Assembly: GCA_016218045.1 (NCBI GenBank)
Contig: JACRFB010000031.1
Location: forward strand, 72,908-136,907
Reading direction: 5' to 3'
From: Ignavibacteriota bacterium
GTDB lineage: Bacteria > Bacteroidota > Ignavibacteria > SZUA-365
DNA length: 64,000 nucleotides
Below the pieces are notes generated by a model. The model made no database searches and was not told the DNA's origin. It saw only the letters and a program-made list of their open reading frames with translations. This document shows positions 60,022-64,000 of the stretch, piece by piece. Made by a program: the position numbers and the translations under genes. Positions within the stretch are counted from its first letter, which is position 1, and every line of letters begins with the position of its first letter.

Positions 60022-61656
60022 TCAGAACGGGCGCGAGAAGCGCAGCACAAAACGTGCATCCTCTGAGAAGGCCGTCTTGACCATCGGCCACGCGACACCG
60101 ATGCGGAAATTGCCGTCGGCATTGCCGATCGCGACGCCGAAGTCGCTCTTCCACTGGCGGCTCAGGAACGTGTCGCTGAAGGATGCGTCGAGCAGTCCCG
60201 TGCGGAAATCCGCCGCGCCCGACACCAGGGCCGCGTCGCTGACCACGCCCGCGTCCGCAAAGAGAATGAGGTTGATGCTCGTCACGGCACGCGCAACCCA
60301 ATCGCTCGATTCCTCGAACAGGGTGTTGCGGAAGATGAGCTCGGCATTGACGATCGCCGCATTGGTGCCGCCGAATTCCTTGAAACGATATCCGGGAAGC
60401 GTCCCGAGGCCGCCAAGTTCCACGGCTCTCTGCACGGGCACATCGCCGTCGCTCAACACGATGCGGCCGCGTACGTTCAGATTCAGAAAATCGCGCAGCG
60501 GCTGATAGCGGCGCACGTCGATTGTCACCTGCGTAAATTCGTAATCGCCCTTTGTCGCGCCGCCCGCCATCTCGTACGCCGCCGTGGCCGTCCAGCCGTG
60601 CGCCGACGAGGAGGTGGGTGTGGTGGTGCTCGCCGAGACGTTGAAGATCAGCGAGTTGATATTACCCCTGTTTATCCACGGCTGCGGACGGAACACTTTG
60701 TCGCCGCCGAACAGCGACCAGTTGGTGTACCGGCGGAGGTTGTCGTAAGTGTCGTGCAGGTAGGCCGCCGATGCGCGGAGATTCAGACTCTCGGGTCCTT
60801 TATATGCCCATGACGCCGAGACCGAGAAGCCCTCGCGGTTGAAATAGTCCATAAAATCCTCGCGCGCGAAAAACGCCATGCCGGTGTTCTCCTCCAGATC
60901 CACCGCCCACTGATCCTTCGAATCGGTCACCGAATGGCCTTCGCCGCCGAAGTCCACGATCATGTTGTCGAAGTAGAACGGGAGATAGAGTCCGAGCGAA
61001 TACCGCCAGCGGTGATTCGCGAAGCCGTAGCCCAGCGAGCCTGAACCGACCAGATGCGGCTGGCTGTGCCAGTACAGGCGCTTGGGTTTCGCGAGCCCGA
61101 TGTATACTCCATCGACGCGATTATAGCGGAAGATGGTCTCTGCGAAGCCCGTGGCGAGCGGGAAGGGAATGGTGAAGGCGCCCGGGATCTTGCGGTACAG
61201 GTCGGGTTTGAACGAGAACTGGTCCTCGTCGTCATCGACGTTTCCGTCGGCGAGCGTCCAGTCTTCACCGAACTCGAAATCGCCTTCATCCCACATTTCC
61301 TCGTCCTCCGCGTCGTCGAGTTCGGCGACGGTGTCGCCCGCGTCGATGCGCGCCTGGAGTTTGGCCAGTTTCTTCTCGAGCGATTTCACGCGGCGTTCCG
61401 TATCGGCGAGCCGTTCGCGGGCCTCGTCATTGTCACCGCTTTCCAACTGACGTTTGATGTCGGACAACTGCTGTGTGAGTGTCTGCAGCTCGGCGCTGAG
61501 CCGCTGCTGCTCGGCCTTCAGGTCGACGGTTTTTTTCACGGAGTCCGATGCAGCGACCGGAGCCTCGCCCTGCGCCGCGTGTACGGGCGCCGCCGTCGCG
61601 GCGGCAGCCGCGAAGGACAGGAAGAGGAGAGACAGTGCGATGGAGCGGAGTGTCAT
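60022..61656 (-). CDS. Hypothetical outer-membrane protein: signal peptide, coiled-coil + acidic segment, C-terminal beta-barrel-like domain (Omp85/BamA-like?)
   Basis: MTLRSIALSLLFLSFAAAAATAAPVHA. Heptad-rich region (..LQTLTQQLSDIKRQLES..LEKKLAKLQARID). D/E-rich linker. The remainder is aromatic-rich and ends ..RFSRPF (terminal Phe). Confidence 0.5.
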   Translation of the reverse strand: MTLRSIALSLLFLSFAAAAATAAPVHAAQGEAPVAASDSVKKTVDLKAEQQRLSAELQTLTQQLSDIKRQLESGDNDEARERLADTERRVKSLEKKLAKLQARIDAGDTVAELDDAEDEEMWDEGDFEFGEDWTLADGNVDDDEDQFSFKPDLYRKIPGAFTIPFPLATGFAETIFRYNRVDGVYIGLAKPKRLYWHSQPHLVGSGSLGYGFANHRWRYSLGLYLPFYFDNMIVDFGGEGHSVTDSKDQWAVDLEENTGMAFFAREDFMDYFNREGFSVSASWAYKGPESLNLRASAAYLHDTYDNLRRYTNWSLFGGDKVFRPQPWINRGNINSLIFNVSASTTTPTSSSAHGWTATAAYEMAGGATKGDYEFTQVTIDVRRYQPLRDFLNLNVRGRIVLSDGDVPVQRAVELGGLGTLPGYRFKEFGGTNAAIVNAELIFRNTLFEESSDWVARAVTSINLILFADAGVVSDAALVSGAADFRTGLLDASFSDTFLSRQWKSDFGVAIGNADGNFRIGVAWPMVKTAFSEDARFVLRFSRPF

Positions 61657-61782
61657 GGTGTACCTCGATCGTGATGATACAGGAAGCTGCCCGAACGTCG
61701 GCGCACGGATAATACGGCCGAACCATCGATCATACGCACGGCGGGGGAGTTTGTTGCTCCCCCGCGCGCGCTGTTCATATTT

Positions 61783-62610
61783 CTAGTCCGGTATGTACTC
61801 GGTTTTCCTGGTCGTTGAAATGGCGATGTTCACCTTCATCGAACCACCGCCGACCTGCGAGATCGTCTGCTCGCCCTTTTCGGTCATGTTCAGTGTAATG
61901 AGGAGGCCCTCCGCCTGATCATACAGAAGCGAACCCTCGCCGTTCTCCTCGCCGGTCATGGCCAGGTCGTTATCGCCGCGAACCATGCGGCCTTCCGAGT
62001 TCTTGACGGTCTTCACGGCTATCTCGGTGCAGGAGCGGCCGTTGAGATCCTTCGTGCCCTTGTTCTCGAAGATCGACTTGCGCGTGAGCATCGTGGTGTT
62101 GTCGCCCTCGCCCAGGGTGTCGATCTTGTTGCGTTCCCAGGTTTTTTCGGACGCGAGTTTCTCGGCGTCGAGAGGCACCATGATGCCCATCATTTCGGCG
62201 ACGATCTGCGAACTGGGATCCTCGGGGAATTCCACGGTGGTGTCGCGGTCGAGCACCTTGCCATTGGATGCGATCGTGTATTTGAATTCGCGATCCTTGA
62301 GCGCCTCACCGAAGGTCTGTGTACCTTCCTGCGACTCCATGAGGAGCAGGCACGATTCGATTTTCATGGTGATGTCCATGTCGCCGTTCTCGCGCCTGGC
62401 TGTCATGGTGTACACCGCGCTCCCGGTACCCTCCATGCTCATGTTCATGGTGTTGCCCATCATCTCCTGAATCACGTCGCGCTTGTACTCGAGGAGGTAC
62501 TTGTAGGGTTTTCCCTGTTTGAATTTGTAAATGGCGTTCTGCGCGGACGCAAGAGGCGCGCAGGCAACGAGGGCCGCGAGCACGAGCATCGCGAGTGACG
62601 GGCGTTTCAT
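61783..62610 (-). CDS. Hypothetical secreted protein (paralog of 62629-63504)
   Basis: Signal peptide MKRPSLAMLVLAALVACAPLASAQ. Weak shared pattern with the upstream gene (Y(K/Q)xxxGxxxKY near the N-terminus, similar length). Confidence 0.45.
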   Translation of the reverse strand: MKRPSLAMLVLAALVACAPLASAQNAIYKFKQGKPYKYLLEYKRDVIQEMMGNTMNMSMEGTGSAVYTMTARRENGDMDITMKIESCLLLMESQEGTQTFGEALKDREFKYTIASNGKVLDRDTTVEFPEDPSSQIVAEMMGIMVPLDAEKLASEKTWERNKIDTLGEGDNTTMLTRKSIFENKGTKDLNGRSCTEIAVKTVKNSEGRMVRGDNDLAMTGEENGEGSLLYDQAEGLLITLNMTEKGEQTISQVGGGSMKVNIAISTTRKTEYIPD

Positions 62611-62628
62611 GAGTTCTCCGGTGATTGG

Positions 62629-63504
62629 TTAAGAAGGTAGATAGATCAGTGTCGTTTCTGTGGTGGACGAGGAGGGCAGCACTTCGGATTCCTGTTCGAA
62701 CACGGCCACGGTCGACTGTTTGCGCGTGCGCAGTGTAAACCGGACGGGCAGTCCGTCGGAAACACGGACGTACAGAGTGCCGTCGACGGTGGTTTCGTCT
62801 TCGGTGAACCGCTCGCTCGACGAGAACAGCGCCTTGCCTTCCGCGCTGACAGTGCCGCTCCATGTAAGTTTTATACATTCGCGGCCATGCAGCTTTACCA
62901 GAGAATCCACGTGGTAGTTCGTCTGGGCCTGCGTGTAGCGGAGCCCCGTTCCTTCGCCAAGTGTCGGATCTTTGTACCGTGGCCGGGCAGTGTCGCTGAC
63001 TGAATCGGTCCATGTATCGCCGACAGACAACGTCCGTGCCGGCAGGGAGGGGAATACCATGGCGCGACGGGCGAACGTGCCCGGATTCACCGGGATAGGG
63101 GATCCCTGCACCTCGAGCGGGGCAAGCGGTTCGGCGCGCAACAGGGCACCCTTCCGGCTCAGGGTCAAACGCACAGGACGACGCGTCAATACGTTGTCGA
63201 AGTCCACTCCGGGGGACTGACTCACCGCGCGGTCGGTCACGAGCGCAGTATCCTGCACTACAGTAAGAACCAGTTGTTCCGGCGAGGATTTCTCGACGCG
63301 AATGGTCAGGAACGACTCGACGGATTTGTTCATCTCCGTCAGGAGCCCTTTCATCGTGTGGGCCATGCCGGTTGTATTCTCCAGCCTCTTGTACTTGATC
63401 GTCGTTCCTTCGGCGAGTTGATATGTCAGCTCGCGTTTCTGCGCGACGGCGCCGAGTGTCAGGACGGCGCACATGAGGAGGAGAGGGGTGACACGAATGG
63501 ACAT
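62629..63504 (-). CDS. Hypothetical secreted protein (paralog of 61783-62610)
   Basis: Start re-called at MSIRVTPLLLMCAVLTLGAVAQ (signal peptide). No recognisable family. Confidence 0.4.
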   Translation of the reverse strand: MSIRVTPLLLMCAVLTLGAVAQKRELTYQLAEGTTIKYKRLENTTGMAHTMKGLLTEMNKSVESFLTIRVEKSSPEQLVLTVVQDTALVTDRAVSQSPGVDFDNVLTRRPVRLTLSRKGALLRAEPLAPLEVQGSPIPVNPGTFARRAMVFPSLPARTLSVGDTWTDSVSDTARPRYKDPTLGEGTGLRYTQAQTNYHVDSLVKLHGRECIKLTWSGTVSAEGKALFSSSERFTEDETTVDGTLYVRVSDGLPVRFTLRTRKQSTVAVFEQESEVLPSSSTTETTLIYLPS

Positions 63505-63647
63505 ACAGGGACTCATACTATTTCGAATACAACCATGCAAGATACGAAAGAGCAGGGATTCCGGGAGGGGAAAAATAGGGACCAGTGTGCGGCAGCACTG
63601 GAGCGTGATGCCGCACCGTCCTAGGGGATATGCCTTCGCGCAACGCG

Positions 63648-64000
63648 CTACCTGGGCGTGTTCTCCGCGCGCTCATAGACCCGCTCACCACCCACGTACG
63701 TCCGTTCGACAGTGGTCTTCAGCAGGTCCTCCGCGGGGGTGTTGCTGATATCGTTGCTGAGCACAATGAAGTCGGCACGTTTGCCCTCTTCGAGACTGCC
63801 CAATTCCCCGTCGACTCCTGCGGCCCTGGCTGCCCAGATCGTGTAGGCGCGGATCGCTTCGGAGCGCGTGAGTTTCTGCGCGCCATACCATCCGTCCTGG
63901 TATTGTTCGGCGCGCGGAGAAGATGCGCCTCCACGGTTGAAGCGCGTTTCAATATCGTGAGCCGATGCCGGGATGCCATCGGGTGATTGGCGTGTGCATG
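63648..64000 (-). CDS. Amidohydrolase-family protein, 3' end only (gene continues beyond the window)
   Basis: Not in the ORF track because the start lies outside the window. A manual minus-strand translation gives ..SPDGIPASAHDIETRFNRGGASSPRAEQYQDGWYGAQKLTRSEAIRAYTIWAARAAGVDGELGSLEEGKRADFIVLSNDISNTPAEDLLKTTVERTYVGGERVYERAENTPR*. This is the canonical Amidohydro_3 C-terminus (KRADFIVL...TxVxxTxVGGxxVY). The stop is the complement of cta at 63648-63650. Confidence 0.7.
   Translation of the reverse strand, partial: CTRQSPDGIPASAHDIETRFNRGGASSPRAEQYQDGWYGAQKLTRSEAIRAYTIWAARAAGVDGELGSLEEGKRADFIVLSNDISNTPAEDLLKTTVERTYVGGERVYERAENTPR

Noticed and set aside
63630-63986. + strand ORF (118 aa) and minus ORFs 63719-63979 / 63685-63891 at the right edge
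   Set aside because: A different minus-strand frame, open to the window edge, encodes a clean amidohydrolase C-terminus (KRADFIVLSNDI...TYVGGERVYE). The listed ORFs are alternative-frame shadows of that gene.

Overview
High-GC (~65%) bacterial chromosomal segment from a Bacteroidota-like (FCB group) lineage, dense in housekeeping genes. The lineage call rests on type IX secretion (T9SS) C-terminal sorting domains (CTDs), a PorX-type PglZ response regulator, a GWxTD protein and DUF3108/DUF2279-like families. I could not narrow it to a phylum; the GC content would fit Rhodothermota or Gemmatimonadota-like genomes.

Gene content from left to right:
- + strand, 6-10972: two paralogous T9SS cargo proteins built from ~80-aa two-Cys repeats. 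One is 5'-truncated by the window edge; the other is a 2107-aa giant with an SBBP beta-propeller. They are followed by an OmpA-family outer-membrane protein with a 22-Pro linker and a secreted CX5R phosphatase.
- - strand, 10969-23468: a long co-directional array, much of it translationally coupled. Order: tsaC, a GlmU-like nucleotidyltransferase, panD, panC, accD, tsaB, tsaE, a PorX-like receiver-PglZ regulator, two paralogous outer-membrane proteins, adk, then an RsbW/STAS/RsbU-type partner-switching module whose phosphatase carries a 7TM sensor and a GAF domain.
- + strand, 23620-28018: an orphan Opp/Dpp-type ABC ATPase, a MEMO1-family protein, tatD, lptB, apaG.
- - strand, 28096-32851: clpC, mlaE, rlmN.
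- + strand, 32999-59959: a tandem DUF2279-like pair, a family-2 glycosyltransferase, an S41 C-terminal processing protease, DUF3108, a gamma-carbonic anhydrase, nadC, a NUDIX hydrolase, a HAD hydrolase, a TlpA-like oxidoreductase with a secreted partner, then rng-dnaN-recF-DUF721-mnmE-gyrB. Next comes a PAS histidine kinase / sigma-54 NtrC-type regulator / GWxTD three-gene operon, then pdxA, ftsE and a DnaQ-exonuclease::GIY-YIG (Cho-like) fusion.
- - strand, 60022-64000: a coiled-coil outer-membrane protein, two paralogous secreted proteins, and the 3' end of an amidohydrolase gene that runs off the window.

Non-coding features worth a second look:
- a ~250-nt run of ~35 heptanucleotide tandem repeats (GTAGATG, then TCCCCAG/TCCCTCG) ending at the start codon of the exonuclease-GIY-YIG gene;
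- a ~110-nt polypurine, G-run-rich tract in the divergent rlmN / DUF2279 promoter region;
- a structured 300-nt intergenic region upstream of the HAD hydrolase gene;
- a 287-nt leader upstream of clpC;
- five hairpin terminator candidates.

No tRNA/rRNA, CRISPR, transposase or recognisable defence system was seen. All calls rest on reading the translated ORFs; no database search was run.
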